A stretch of 63,433 bases of DNA, filler included, from Folioceros fuciformis (Eukaryota), in assembly GCA_049999805.1 (NCBI GenBank). It is 6 parts of 6 records of this genome, joined end to end, with 100 filler letters (N's around TTAATTAATTAA, not from the genome) between each part and the next. Parts side by side here need not be neighbours in the genome. Positions count along the whole stretch, not along the records: positions 1 to 13,600 come from JBNGIO010004147.1; positions 13,701 to 19,989 come from JBNGIO010004150.1; positions 20,090 to 29,034 come from JBNGIO010004151.1; 3 more parts are not named here. One strand, given 5' to 3'. Of the stretch, positions 10,928-23,850 are shown piece by piece. Under the pieces are notes generated by a model. The model did no database searches and was not told the DNA's origin. It saw only the letters and a program-made list of their open reading frames with translations. Each line of letters opens with the position of its first letter. Positions within the stretch are counted from its first letter, which is position 1. A program made the translations under genes and the position numbers.

Positions 10928-13564
10928 ATGGCGCTCAGGCAGAAGCTAATTCCGAGCGATTTGGAAGCTGGAGCTTCTGAAATTACTGTTGTGGAAGAAG
11001 GCATCCAAACCAGATGCTCTCCCTTGAAAATCGGGGTTACCACAGGCGTGCTCCTGCTCTGCTGCGCCATCGTCGTCGTCACGCTCGCTTATTTTTCGTC
11101 TCCTCCTGCAGGATTTGTCTCCTCTCCAGGTGCCCGTTCTCTCAATCTCTACTGAATGTACCCTCCTGCTCCGCGCAATTCTTTGCTCATTCGGTTTTTC
11201 TTGCTCCCTGTTCCCATCAGATCGGACTGGCTTCCACTTCCAAACTTTCGAGAACTGGATGAATGGTACGCCTTTATGTTCTCCTCCCCGTTGTAAGAAT
11301 TGTTCAGAGTGATGGATGCGCGATCAGCTGATTGCAACTCAGTGCCTTCATGTCGCGTCGGTTCCGTCCAGGTGGAATTTTGCGCTGAGTGTTCGTTTGT
11401 TTGATGCAGATCCAAACGGTTAGTGCACTGTGCCCTCCTGTCTGTCTCTCGACCGCGATGTGGCAGTGCATGTCACACGTTTTCTCCTTTTCTTTGCGAG
11501 AAGGCAGCTGGATTCAGCTGTCTTGACGCGAGCCCTGTTTTCGATACTAGAATAGCTTTTATCTTGTCACGCACACACCATGTCAGACCATGTACTGGGA
11601 AGGTGGAGTTGGCTGGCATCCTCGTCACCCTCGGCTGACTGTATGCAGGGCCTATGTATTACAAGGGATATTATCACGTCTTCTACCAGTACAATCCGTT
11701 CGCAGCTGTGTGGGGTAACATCACCTGGGGCCATGCGGTTTCCAAGGACCTCATCCAATGGGCTTTTCTCGATATTGCGCTGAAGCCAGATGTATGGTAT
11801 GACCTGAATGGCGTGTGGTCCGGCTCTGCCACGCTGCTCACCGATGGGACGCCGGTAATTCTCTACACTGGGTCCTCTTTTGAGAAGGAGCAGGTTCAGT
11901 GCATGGCGTTGCCTGCAAACGCATCGGATCCTCTTCTGCGGGAATGGATTAAGGCTCCCGAGAATCCTCTCATCCGGCATCCTGCAGGAATCGATGACGA
12001 GGATTTCAGGGACCCCACGACCGCCTGGCAGGGCCCTGACGGTTTGTGGCGGATTTCCGTCGGCTCCAAGCTTAACACCACAGGGCTCGCTCTTGTCTAT
12101 AGAAGCAACGATTTCAAGGAGTGGGAGTTGCAGGAGCAGTATCTGCATTCTGTGCCTGGCACGGGGATGTGGGAGTGCGTGGATTTCTATCCCATCAGTG
12201 CGACTACAGGCTTGGACACCTCAGCCAATGGACGTGCCCCTAAGCATGTGCTCAAGGTGAGCTTGGACGACCTCAAACACGACTACTACGCTCTCGGATC
12301 CTACTCCCTTGAATCCCACACGTTCACACCCGATGATCCATCCAAGGATGCTGGCCTCGGCCTCCGTTACGATTACGGAAAGTTCTATGCCTCCAAGTCG
12401 TTTTTCGATCCTGTGAAGCAGCGGCGGATTCTGTGGGGCTGGGCTAATGAGTCCGACAGCGAGGACATGGACATCGAGAAGGGCTGGTCTTCCGTTCAGG
12501 TGTCCGCTGTCTCCCTGCCACTGTTGCTTGCTTCCCCTCCTTTTCAATGAAGTACTGTTCTCACCCCGTCTCGTCATGGTTCCAGGTCATCCCTAGAACT
12601 GTATTACTGGATGAAGCCACCGGTGCTAACCTATTACAGTGGCCAGTTGAGGAAGTTGAAGCACTCCGGAGTGACAAGATTTTGTACGAACAAGTGCAAT
12701 TGTCTCCGGGTGCTGTCATGGAGGTAGATGGAGCCATTGGCACTCAGGTATGGATACACATCGTCTCAATATCTAACTGTTCAATACCAGCGCATCGTCA
12801 GGACCGTGCTCCAATTTACAAGATTATTTGGCAATGCAGCTGGACATTGAAGTCACATTCACCTACCCTGATGTGGCGATAGTGGATGCTGGGAAAGGAG
12901 AGACATTTGACTGTGCCCAGGGAGGATCTGCTCAGAGGGGTCTGTTTGGCCCGTTCGGACTTCTTGTCCTAGCTGACGATTCTCTGGCAGAGCAGACGGG
13001 AGTGTTCTTCTACTTGTCGCCCAGAGGAAATGGGGTCTGGGACACCCTTGTGTGCAGTGACCAGAGCAGGTAAGACTTGAGCAGCCGGCACGATATTTCC
13101 CGGTCCTTAAGCGCATATGAACTTATGAAATGCATTGTCGTTGTCCTTTCTTTCTGTTTGCAGATCGTCTTTGGCACCCAATATTGACAAGACAGTCTAC
13201 GGCACTTACGTGACCGTTCTCCCCAATGAGGCCAACCTCTCTCTACGTGTAATTGTAAGTGCTTCCTCCTCCTGGTGTTCGTTAGTTCTTGGCATCTTGC
13301 TGGGTTGTCGAGACCCCAGAAACTGTCTTAACGTGCACTGTAAAGGCAAAAAGGATCTCACATGGTTGTGCTTGGCAGGTGGACCATTCTGTGGTGGAGA
13401 CCTTTGCCCAGGGAGGCAGAACCTGCATCACCTCCAGAGTCTACCCTACCGTGGCATTAGGATCGTCTTCCCATCTCTTCCTCTTCAACAATGGGACAAC
13501 ACCGGTCAACGTTGAGAGACTTCAAGTATGGCACATGTCGAATGCCAACATGGAGTATTTGTGA
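10928..13564 (+). CDS. GH32 acid beta-fructofuranosidase, vacuolar-invertase type (about 8 exons)
   Basis: N-terminal signal-anchor, RTGFHFQ..NWMN|DPN|GPMYYKG (9-nt mini-exon 11410-11418), FRDP, WECVD (vacuolar-type rather than WECPD), YASKSFFD, and C-terminal [23 protein letters not shown]. Confidence 0.95.
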
Positions 13565-13600
13565 TCTACAGGTCTGCCCCTTCGTACCATTATTTTTGGC

Positions 13601-13700
13601 NNNNNNNNNNNNNNNNNNNNNNNNNNNNNNNNNNNNNNNNNNNNTTAATTAATTAANNNNNNNNNNNNNNNNNNNNNNNNNNNNNNNNNNNNNNNNNNNN
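13601..13700. other. Artificial contig linker N44-TTAATTAATTAA-N44 (also 19990-20089, 29035-29134, 40587-40686, 61902-62001)
   Basis: Identical 100-nt construct carrying stop codons in all six frames, present five times. Confidence 0.95.
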
Positions 13701-14007
13701 TTGATTCTTCAAGTTGTCCACCTTGCAAACGAAGTAATTCTCAAGGTATTTCAAGTCGATAAATATAAGAACTTATTAAAATTCCTTGGATGTTACGAAA
13801 ATTTTAGTTAAAGTTTTTTAAATGATAAAATATTATTAGTCAATAATGATATTTATTACTTTTTTTTGGAGGCAATGTTCATTATTTTATTTGAATGAGT
13901 TGTAACTAAGCCACTAATTTGATAGCTAAATATGAAGTAGGTTAACTTCTAATACCGTCCTTAGAAAGAATTGACTACAAGTTCATTAATAATTAACAGA
14001 GGACACA

Positions 14008-14156
14008 TGACAAGGCTTGCTACTTGAGTAAGCATGAAGCAAGGTGGACCCTATTTCCTTTTGTATAGTAAATTCAAGTATTGACAAAGCTTGCCACTTG
14101 AGTAAGCATGAAGCAAGGTGGACCATATTTCCTTTTGTATAGTAAATTCAAGCATT
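14008..14156. repeat. Two 74-bp direct repeats in AT-rich intergenic DNA
   Basis: tgacaa.gcttgc.acttgagtaagcatgaagcaaggtggacc..aattcaag at 14008 and 14082. Confidence 0.8.
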
Positions 14157-17100
14157 GCTATAGCTAACCAAGATACTATACATGTCTCGCTAGCACATAT
14201 AAATTAAGCTAAAATAAGTAATGCATGTTCAATGACAAAGTTAATGGTAATCTAGGTTGGACAAGCATCCACTTACCATTGAGGCATATGAAATCCAAGT
14301 AACATTACATCACGCATACTAGTAGCATTAAAGCTTAATGGACATGTAGAATTGTGGCAAATAAGACATAAAATTGAACTACGATTTATTTAGAGGAGGG
14401 GTAGGTTGCTTCTAACTTGACCCCACATTGCACAAGCAACATGTCACATTGCTACGCCTTCTTGCCTAGTTTTGGTCTACCTAGCTTTCAATGCAATCTT
14501 TAGGCTCCCCCTATCTAGCACAATTTGTTGCTTTCTTCTGGTAGACATGTTCATCGGTCCTCTACGAAGAGTGTTGTGCTATAATAGATCTTGCCACACA
14601 ATATCTCAATCCCCCAACACTCTAAACATCTATGTGTCCTATCTACCTCTTAGTATGTATATCTATACTTATATGGATATGGGGTGACTAGTCCTCATAT
14701 TGATATACGTGTATATTCTTACAATAGTGCACAAATGATGCCTTCCCTTGGGTACTTCGTCTCTTGCACACCAAGGTTAGTAATCATCTTTCCACTCTTT
14801 GGTGGCTCACTTCATATGAGTGGACAAACACATGTATTCTCCGGTTATCACCTAATAAGTTGTGTAACGTCCGTATGACCACATCTTGAACCACACCATT
14901 GCAATCTCCTTATAGGTATCGAAACATGTTGACGCAATTTCGTGACTCAAGGGCTTTGATTCAATTGTTCAGTTCACCATTAGCTTTGCAAACGACCTGC
15001 ATGTTGCAAGTCTCTACTCAATTAGTCTTGTCTTCTCTTGTAAAATCTCTTCATGAGTGAACTATCAAAAGAATGTCTAGCTACCCCCCTACAAGCAGCT
15101 TTGTAGTTACTACGTAACCATTTTAACTGCCTACACTAGTCTTCGGTAATGTAGCCAACCGCTCGCAAGGCTAATCTTCAAACGTTTGTCCTCCAAGAAA
15201 TCGTTCCCCTTTCGTAACTTTTTGCCTCTTTACCAATTTCNNNNNNNNNNNNNNNNNNNNNNNNNNNNNNNNNNNNNNNNNNNNNNNNNNNNNNNNNNNN
15301 NNNNNNNNNNNNNNNNNNNNNNNNNNNNNNNNNNNNNNNNGCAGGTTTTATCTTCAACGTATACCTTTTCTTTCCACATGTTCGCTTGCAGAATGTCCGC
15401 CTGCAAAATAAGTTCAGTTGGACACCACTTGTTAAGGACCCTTTGAGTCATAACAAGAGCCTTGGCCAACTCAATATGTAGAACAATAAGAAATAAAGGG
15501 TTCATGACTCTTTGAGAGGGTTCGGGACTCTTTGAGACATGACAGGAGCCTTGGCCAACTCAATATGTAGAACAACGAGAGACAAAGGGTTGTGGCTTCT
15601 TCGACACCACACTAGGTATACCCTTTTACATGCGTAATTATGAAGTTCTTCAAGCTCTTGATAGTACTATTTTTAAAATTTGTGATTATGAGCTAGAGTC
15701 TCCTTCTGGAATGAACTTTTTATTCTTGGGTTGTGCTTTATCTTTCTTAGGGTAGATGAGTTTCTCTTCTCTTTTCAATGTTGTTTTACGAATCCTGCAT
15801 TTCATAGTTTCAAGGATAAGCATTGTGGGTTGCTCTTATGAAGAATATGTTGTACTTGAATGAAGAGAAAGTTAGTAAAACTGCAACCTTTCTATATAGC
15901 TTCTAATACTTATGCCATAGCCTATGAGTTTTTATATTGAGTGTATATAATAACTAAAATTATAAAATAAAAAAAACACCAAATTCCAAGGACTATGAGT
16001 CACTTAGTAAGGTACTCATAGGCTTGATCTCACGTCATAAGAATTTTTTGCAGCTTGAGCTTTCAGAAATCTTCAATGTGTTTCAAAAGGCTCTCGGGTC
16101 GTAAAAAAGAACAAAAAAGTACCGTGAGGAGGTAACCTCAAGTGAAGGTGTATATGCAATCCGTATGCCCGACTGAACCATGGTGGTCTTCGGTCTGAGA
16201 ATTGCAAAATTTCAACGGAGGGCTTCTGCTTCAAAACGGAGTTCAAGCGAAGTGGACCGCCAGTAACGGGGGGTACGACCACCTCTCCTTCTCATGGTTC
16301 AGGAGAACAGTGAGATTGGGAACACTGGTCTGGCACGCCACAGATGTACATACATAGGTTGCACATACCTCGGTAGCGAAATCATGAACTATTGGGCAGA
16401 TCGGAATGCGAAGGTCCTCGTTCAATGAAACTCGCATCGCGAAATTGTACTCCCGAGATGTGCCTTTGTACCATGTACATTCAGTGTTGTGGCGGCACGC
16501 GGTTCTTAAGTCATGGTACCCCACAGCAATGCAAAGCACAGCACAGCACAGCACAGCCTGCAAAATGCGGCAAGGGATCCACCATTCCCCGCAAGGCAGG
16601 GGGAGATTTAGCTCATCTATGCTTTGATAAATGCCGAGATACTCTCGTCGAAAGCATCAACCGCATGATATCAGTGCCTATGTGTGCTGTAAGTAGCGGC
16701 CTAGTAATTCCAGGATCCTCATCTGGTAGCACACACGACAGCATCGTTCAAAGGCTGTACGACACTCGATTGTAGTGCAGTCCAAGTGACAGACCATATT
16801 AAGGCAGCTGTGCGGCACACAGTCCAAGAGTTTCTTCCATCAGTCGAGGAGTAGCGCAATAATGGCCACCTTGTTTCCAGCACTCAACCTGGATTTATTT
16901 GTGTGAGCGACGCTAGTTCTCAATCAATGTGGTCGGAGATTTGTACCTCCGGCGGTTGTGCCACGTTCTGTGATTGGACGGGAGGGGCATCCTTGTCACA
17001 CAATGTCATCATGGACTCGCAGCTCCCTTCGCTTTGCGATCACCTTCACGCTCTGCACCGACGTATGTGACATGTACCGGGATGGAAGAACCCGAGGAGA

Positions 17101-17848
17101 CCTCAGCCGGCGGGAGATTTGCGAGAAACCGCTCCTTGTGCGGTACTGGTAACCTGGTTCCGGTGCCTGAAAGGCAACGACTGTTTAGCAACGTCTGCGC
17201 ACCGGACCGGTGCCTCCTTCGCTCAAATTGCACAACTGTGCAAGGGCAGGGCAGGGCGAAGCGAAGTTTGGGATGAAGTGCAGCCGTGTGCAGCGTGCAC
17301 TGCATCGCACTGCAATGCACATTGTACACAATACAATACACCATGGACGATTACGCCAATAATGGACCTGCTGTCGCATATTGTAAGATGGTTGTCCATG
17401 CCCACCGGTGCAAAAAATGGCCTTTAAACAAAAACACTGGCGGGGCGGGTCTAGCCATCCCTCATGGGCCGCTACAGCCTAATTAGGCCACGCTCTCTAC
17501 CAAAAATGCTGACCATCATCATGTGGAGTTGCTGACAAAAAAATGGGGATGTTTCTCATTTTCACCTCTGCCATCTTCACAACTGCTTCACCACACCAGC
17601 AGCACGCAGATGGCCTTGAATGAGCTGAGCTGATATGACGTCCCCGCTGGAAGAGCTGAGTGGCCTTCTCTTGTATCTCCTCCTATACCCTGGGAAGTGA
17701 CGTCCAGGCAAAAATGAAAGCACCACATCCCTTCTCAGGGAGCAAGAAGCTTCTACATGTACAGTACGCCGTGTGCACAGGAAAGGAAGGAAGCGTGACG
17801 AGAGCATGTGCTCGCATCATCAACGCTGCTTCCCCGGCGAGCCTTCGC

Positions 17849-19375
17849 CTATCGTTGCTGAAGCAATTCAGCCATCCTAACAAAGGCGGTGGCAACGTTG
17901 TTCAGAGCCGAGGCCACCAAGCCCATGGCTTCCTTGTTCGCCACCAATTTCTCCCTCTCCAAGGCCACCAATTCCCGATGACGAGCATCCTTCCTGTCCT
18001 CTGCTGACGGAGCCTGTTTGCCAGGCAGGCCAGCATTCTTTTCATCACCGCCTGCTTCCCCTAGGCCTCCACCACCCTGCAGCCTGACGTTGCTGTCAAC
18101 ATGATCCCTTCCTGCCTCCGATTGCCCATAATTAAGTGTGCTGCCGTCTACTCTCAATAGTAGCTCCACGGCACCTACTGCACCTGCGACCTCATCACTC
18201 ACCCTACCTGCAGCTGGAATGCCCTCTACTTCCTTCACCCCCTCTGCTGCTGGTGGGGCCTGCAGAACCTGAGACTCACCCTTAGCTAATTCTTCTGCCT
18301 TGCTATCCACTACCCTTCTCCTCTTGCGCCTACCCCCTCCCCTGCCCTCTGCTTCTCTTGATTTCTCATCCGCTTGCTTTGATTCCCCTGCTTTGTCTCG
18401 TTCCCCCTCTACCAAGGCGGCGTCGCCCGCAGCAGCCTCCTGATTGTCTCCTTCAGGCACAGATACCTGAGACTGAGAAGATATTCCTAACCTTGACGCC
18501 ATCCTTTCACGCACCTCCCTTTTGGCACTACCCAGCACTCTCCTCGTGGTTCCCCCCGCTTGGAAGGAATCCATGATGGTGTACAGCTCCTTGCTGAGGT
18601 TAGGTGGCAGATGCTTCTCTTTCCTTTGCCAGTTCTCCATCTCAAAGTAAGATTTGTCAGTTTCGGCTTTCTCGTACTCGTAGTCCCTCACCTTCTTGAA
18701 GTCTGGCATGGTGTTCTCCCACTTGAAGCGACACTGCTCCTTGGAGCGGTGCACTCCGTGGCTCCAGCAAAACTCTGCCACCGCCTTCCACTTCTCGTCA
18801 GCAGATATGCTATTCCGCTTGGAGCCGGACAGGATTTCCCGCTCCCTCTTCTTGGCATCAAGCAATATGATGCTCTCATTCAAGGACCAAACTCCCTGGC
18901 GGTAAACCCTCTCCTCGGCCTTCCCAGGACCTGGGTCGGCCACAGTCACAGCAAACTCATCTCTGTCAATATCATCTCCGTCAGCTGGAGCAGCCTCGAC
19001 GGGCTGGCTACTTCCTTCACCAGCGCCTACCCCTCTAATTCTTGCGTCGCCCATGCCATCACGCATGGGGTTGTCAGCAGCATCCGGCTTTCTCAGAAGT
19101 GCAGCTGCCCTGTCCAGCTCTATTGCCACCTGGTGAGCATCAGACACGGCTTCAGAATGTTCGTCATCACCAGGGTCTTCCTCCTCCTCCTCAGCGAAAT
19201 TGGTGTTGCGACTCACTTTGACCAGGCCAGGGTAGTAATCAAGAACAGCGTGACCGTCTGGTGCTGCTGCGAAGCTCCCTGGCAGAGTGGGGTTTAACTT
19301 GGAAGATGATCCTGCAAACCCCTTGTAGCGAGGGCTGTTTTCCCCTGGAAGAGAGCCAGGTATCCTATCCCCCAT
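17849..19375 (-). CDS. Trihelix (Myb/SANT-like) transcription factor, ASR3/SH4-like, 508 aa
   Basis: YRQGVWSLNESIILLDAK..KWKAVAEFCWSHGVHRSKEQCRFKWENTMPDFKKVRDYE..SYFEM..RKEKHLPPNL; C-terminal helix with GLVASALNNVATAF. Confidence 0.9.
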   Translation of the reverse strand: MGDRIPGSLPGENSPRYKGFAGSSSKLNPTLPGSFAAAPDGHAVLDYYPGLVKVSRNTNFAEEEEEDPGDDEHSEAVSDAHQVAIELDRAAALLRKPDAADNPMRDGMGDARIRGVGAGEGSSQPVEAAPADGDDIDRDEFAVTVADPGPGKAEERVYRQGVWSLNESIILLDAKKREREILSGSKRNSISADEKWKAVAEFCWSHGVHRSKEQCRFKWENTMPDFKKVRDYEYEKAETDKSYFEMENWQRKEKHLPPNLSKELYTIMDSFQAGGTTRRVLGSAKREVRERMASRLGISSQSQVSVPEGDNQEAAAGDAALVEGERDKAGESKQADEKSREAEGRGGGRRKRRRVVDSKAEELAKGESQVLQAPPAAEGVKEVEGIPAAGRVSDEVAGAVGAVELLLRVDGSTLNYGQSEAGRDHVDSNVRLQGGGGLGEAGGDEKNAGLPGKQAPSAEDRKDARHRELVALEREKLVANKEAMGLVASALNNVATAFVRMAELLQQR

Positions 19376-21418
19376 TTAGAAGTGGCAGAGCGGGCCAAGC
19401 GTCTACATCCTCGAAAGCCAGGAGGAGAGCTTGTGCGAGAAGAGGGGGTTGAGACACAGCAGCAGACGTTAGTACGCAAGAGATGGTTGAGCTACACAAC
19501 ATTGACCAAGTCCTTTGTACGTTTCTTGAGGTAGAACAGATTCCAATACGCCTCTACTCTGGGTTTCTGGGAGCACCTCAGATTGACCCATTTGCCGCGC
19601 GTTGCTGCTGGAAACTTGGCAACTGCCACTAGGGACATTCCTGAGAAACGGAAGCCAAAAAAACCGAGACTGCGGTGAAAATTGCTACAGTGCACAGGCA
19701 GAACACAGGTGGAATGACAAGAATGTTGTTTGCCAAGGCGTTAGTTACCTTGCGGCTCGCCTTGGAGAGAGCGGTGACAAGTGCCCCGTTTTCAACACCA
19801 GCGCTCCTCGTCACTGCCCCACCACTGCCGTCGCCACAACCTGCGCAATTGCGAAAAACGGAAAAGCTGAAGAATCTTGGCAGAGCCCTAAACCCCGGAC
19901 GACTGAATGCGGAGGGAGCGGGAGAATGCGAGCGCGAGGGCGAGGCTCCGGAGCGACTCCGGCTCGGGACCGGGTTCCGGCCTCCGGGGNNNNNNNNNNN
20001 NNNNNNNNNNNNNNNNNNNNNNNNNNNNNNNNNTTAATTAATTAANNNNNNNNNNNNNNNNNNNNNNNNNNNNNNNNNNNNNNNNNNNNCTCTCTAACAC
20101 ACACCGATTCACAGAGAGAACATATATAGCCTAGCCCTTCTCTAAACAATACGATGTAGACTTTGTTTAAATAGCTAAGCCTTCCCCTTTACTTTTACCT
20201 GCTCTTCGTATTTTCTAAAATCTTGTACGATAAACTCTTTTGTTCTATAAAAAAAACATTCTGTCCTTGTTTGCAACTAATATGGAAACTCATCTACCTG
20301 AAAGAGGTAGATAGACCACCAAAGGTGAGTGGCCCACTAGGGGCTAGACCCATACGAGAAAATTTCTTTACTTGAGAATAATAAGGTGCGAAATCCATCT
20401 ATCCCAAAAAGGGTGAGACAAACCACCAAATAATAGGATGGGAAATCCATCTATCCTAAAAAGGGTTAGACAATATACCAAAAAAAGGCAACTATTGTAA
20501 ATTTCTCGTGCTCATGATTTCTACCCCATGAAAAGATGTTATGCTCATCAGCCAATGGATACATCTTCATGTTTATGATTTCTGAATTGGACTAGAATGG
20601 TTTAGAGCTCTTAACCATTAAGAATATTTATTCACCATTCATCATAAGAACCCATTCATTAAGAATACATTTCCACACCCATCTTATCATTGTAGTGTAC
20701 CTTGATACTCTTGGAGCAAAACTATTTAACCTTAGTGCACGTTCACAACAAAAGAAACAAAGAGGAAACATGAGTAAAAGATCACATCATACATAAGATA
20801 ATCTCAAATATGCTAAGAATGATCAATATGTATTTTAACTTATAATCTACAAATAAGTTACGAAATGAATGGATATTGCAAGATTATCATGGGGTGTGTA
20901 ATTGATTCAAGTCATATGAAGTACTTAATACAAGTTATCTATCTAAATATTCTAAAACAATTAATATATATATGATGTTCATATATCCTCACTTTCTTCT
21001 TTTTTTCCCTCATGCTTAGGATAAATAGGATGTCCCATGTTCTCTTTCAATATAAATATGATTAGTATAACAAACTTAAGAATAACAAAAAAATATTATA
21101 ACTTGAGATAATAATAAGACATCCAATAACTTGAACACATTATCATATAGGCCAACAAATATAATGACCTAAGAACTTAAAACGCAGCATAAACCAACTA
21201 CAGCCTACATCTTGGTCCAAGCTCGGTTGTCGAAATGAATTAATGTATATAGTACAATCTACGGGTCCATAGCTGGCCCTGTCCCAACGTTGGAAAATCG
21301 TTAGTCACCTTTTCAATGATCTAAGGCCTAATAGGAATACAACACAATCCGTCCCTCAACCTCAACGTCTTCCTACATTCCGAGTTATTAGCAAAATTGG
21401 CTGACAAAACAGGTAGTA

Positions 21419-22848
21419 TCAGCTTGTTGACTTCCTTTTCCCACCAGAGACACGACGTTGGCTTGTCCTCGTCCTCTTGTTCTCGGCTGCATTCTTCTCC
21501 TCGCTATCCTCTGCGAATCTCTTTCTTTCTGTTACTGGAGATTCTGCAGTTGCCTTCTGAGTTTCGGTTCCTGCTTTCAAGTCTGCTGCTTGCTTCACTT
21601 CATCCAGGCTGTGGCGAAGGATACCTGTCACAACTGCATACTGAACTGCGAGGCCATTCCTCTAGGCAAGTCAATCGCATCCATTCTTGCAACCTGGCCG
21701 CAAGAACTGTCTTTGGTCGCTTGAGCCGCAACATCTCAACAGCTTTATCTGTATTTTGAGTCGCTTCTTCCTGCTCAGATTCCTGCCAGTCATAGATTGG
21801 TTAGAACGACCACAAGAGACCCCACCATATGCTGATGAGACTTCACATCGCATCGAAATCCCCTCGGTTGCTGCGCACCTAGAGGAGCCTCGCACGGGCT
21901 TCTGGGATGGCGACCTGATCCAGATACCTCAGTTCGTCTTCCGCCTCTTCGGCCGTCCACAACCAGGGACCTCCATCCAAGAACTGTAGTACCGGTATCC
22001 CGGCCGGGATGCCGAGGTCGCCGACCAGAAGCAGCACGCCTGCTTGCAGGCGCACCGCCTCCTGTGTACAGGATAGCGAGTAGGCTTGGTCCAGGTGTTG
22101 GACGGCATCTTGCTTGAGCCTAGTGATGTTGTCGTGCACGAAAAGGCAAACGGTATATGAATCATGGCTACACTCCTACAAAATCCACACTCAAGATCAG
22201 CTTGATATGATCTAGCATGATATGATACGGTTGCGCCTCAAGTATAGTACCGGCGATGCCATGACCTGCTCCAGTGTATCGAGTAGTCGTGAATACTCGG
22301 CCACCTCCGACCAATGGTGGTGGATGTTTAGGACACTCGACGCAGCTTGCCGTCGCTCGAGAAGAATCTCCAGGCGTCTTTGGATCACCGTTGGCTGCCG
22401 TCATAGCAACCCTCTTACAACCTCGCACGCCACTTCGGACCCGGTCGGCTGCTCCTGGGCAGCGGCAATTGGAGCTCGCACTTGGTTTCAATTCCGATCT
22501 TTATCAAACGTCTCTCCACTGGCTGGACAAGGCACCCTTACCTAGCCAGGGATGGGAATGGGAAGGACAATGGTCAGATGCTAGATGCTAGCCAGCCTTT
22601 TGAATCCGCCTTTGCATCAACGTTGACGTTACCGTGTGCTGGAGGTCTGGAGGCAAAGCGCTCCACCTCCGTTGCAATCCGTTGCAATCTTTTCTCGTTT
22701 CCGGCCCGCTCCGCATCACGCTATCGGCCATGGCAGAGCTCTCAACCAGATGCACCAGAACTGGTTGGACTCCAAGCGGCACCTCCGTACAACCATCTCC
22801 GCGATCCAACAGGCTTCTCTTTTTCACGACATCATCTTCCAGCCCCAT
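21419..22848 (-). pseudogene. Putative spliced gene of unknown family with in-frame stops
   Basis: Phase-consistent GT-AG exon chain (..WSALPPDLQHT|VRVP..LDTLEQ|ECSHDSY..EARARL*|ESEQEE..) with TGA at 22488-90, TGA at 22401-03 and TAG at 21879-81. Family not recognised; 3' end uncertain. Confidence 0.35.
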
Positions 22849-23038
22849 CAAACATGTTGTGCGACTCTTTGAATAACTGTCGACCAGAACTGACTGGAAG
22901 ATAAGCCACAGAGTAATAAGAAAGCTCTACAGCCTTTGAACACTCTTGTCTGCATGTAGAGAACAAAAACGCTGTTCTCTGGCCAACATTGTCGGTATGT
23001 ACTCAATCAGATATCCCTCGGCACGTGCCTGGTAAGAT

Positions 23039-23850
23039 TTAGAAATGCTTCTCAATTCGCTTGGCCTTTTCTCCTGACTTATGGTCATAGTACTCCACCA
23101 GAGCAGAGCCAGCAAGGGCTGCTAGCGTGAGTGCCTGTGCATGCAACCTGTGAGCCATGACAAAAAGCTGCGTGAGTTGTAACGCTCAACTCCGACTGTG
23201 GTACAACGTGCACACACACTGCATCAAGACTTCCCGAACCAAGATAACCACACCTTGCATGTATGATCTTCACACTCAGTGACATCCCCTTCTGTGAGAA
23301 ATTGTACGCCAGAGAACTTATCAAACCACCGGCCCACAGAGTTCCTGACACCAGAACCGTGTAAGGTGAGAAACCCTAAAGACCAGCCTCGTCAATCACT
23401 CTCAGCAGCACACATGCAGCGCAATCGGAGATACCCAGCAAGGCAAGTACCACAAAGTTCGGCTGGGAATCAATCCAGAAAGCTGTCACTCCAGCCACAA
23501 CCTGCAAGGCAGAGAGAGCCATCATCTAGGCTTGAACCAGATACACCTCTCATCAAAGCCTACCCCCCTCCACAACTCTCACGTGCAATTTAACATCACT
23601 TCGGCGAGACCTCCCACAGAAGTCTACCAACCTCCACCACTCTGGCGTGCGTGCAACTCAACATCCGTTCAGCAAGACCCTCGAAAATCTTCACATGTCA
23701 ACCTCCAATGGATTCCTACCAAGAAGACAAATCAACAGCAATGCTTCAGGTCACCCTACCTACTGCCTGAAGCTTATGCTCAATCAGCCATGATCTCATC
23801 GAATCGTAGGCAGCACGACTGCCAGTCTCACTCTCCGGCTCGACCGCCAT
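23039..23850 (-). CDS. HIG1-domain (hypoxia-induced, RCF1-like) membrane protein; exons 23850-23760, 23344-23254, 23147-23039
   Basis: MRSWLIEHKLQAVG|TLWAGGLISSLAYN..SVKIIHAR|LHAQALTLAALAGSALVEYYDHKSG matches the plant HIG1 family. Confidence 0.92.

Noticed and set aside
13645-13656. Palindromic TTAATTAATTAA recurring five times
   Set aside because: Always centred in 100-nt N blocks: a synthetic all-frame stop linker.
16073-17486. GC-rich block with many short overlapping ORFs and GCACA repeats
   Set aside because: No recognisable domain, exon chain, hairpin or conserved miRNA; left uncalled.
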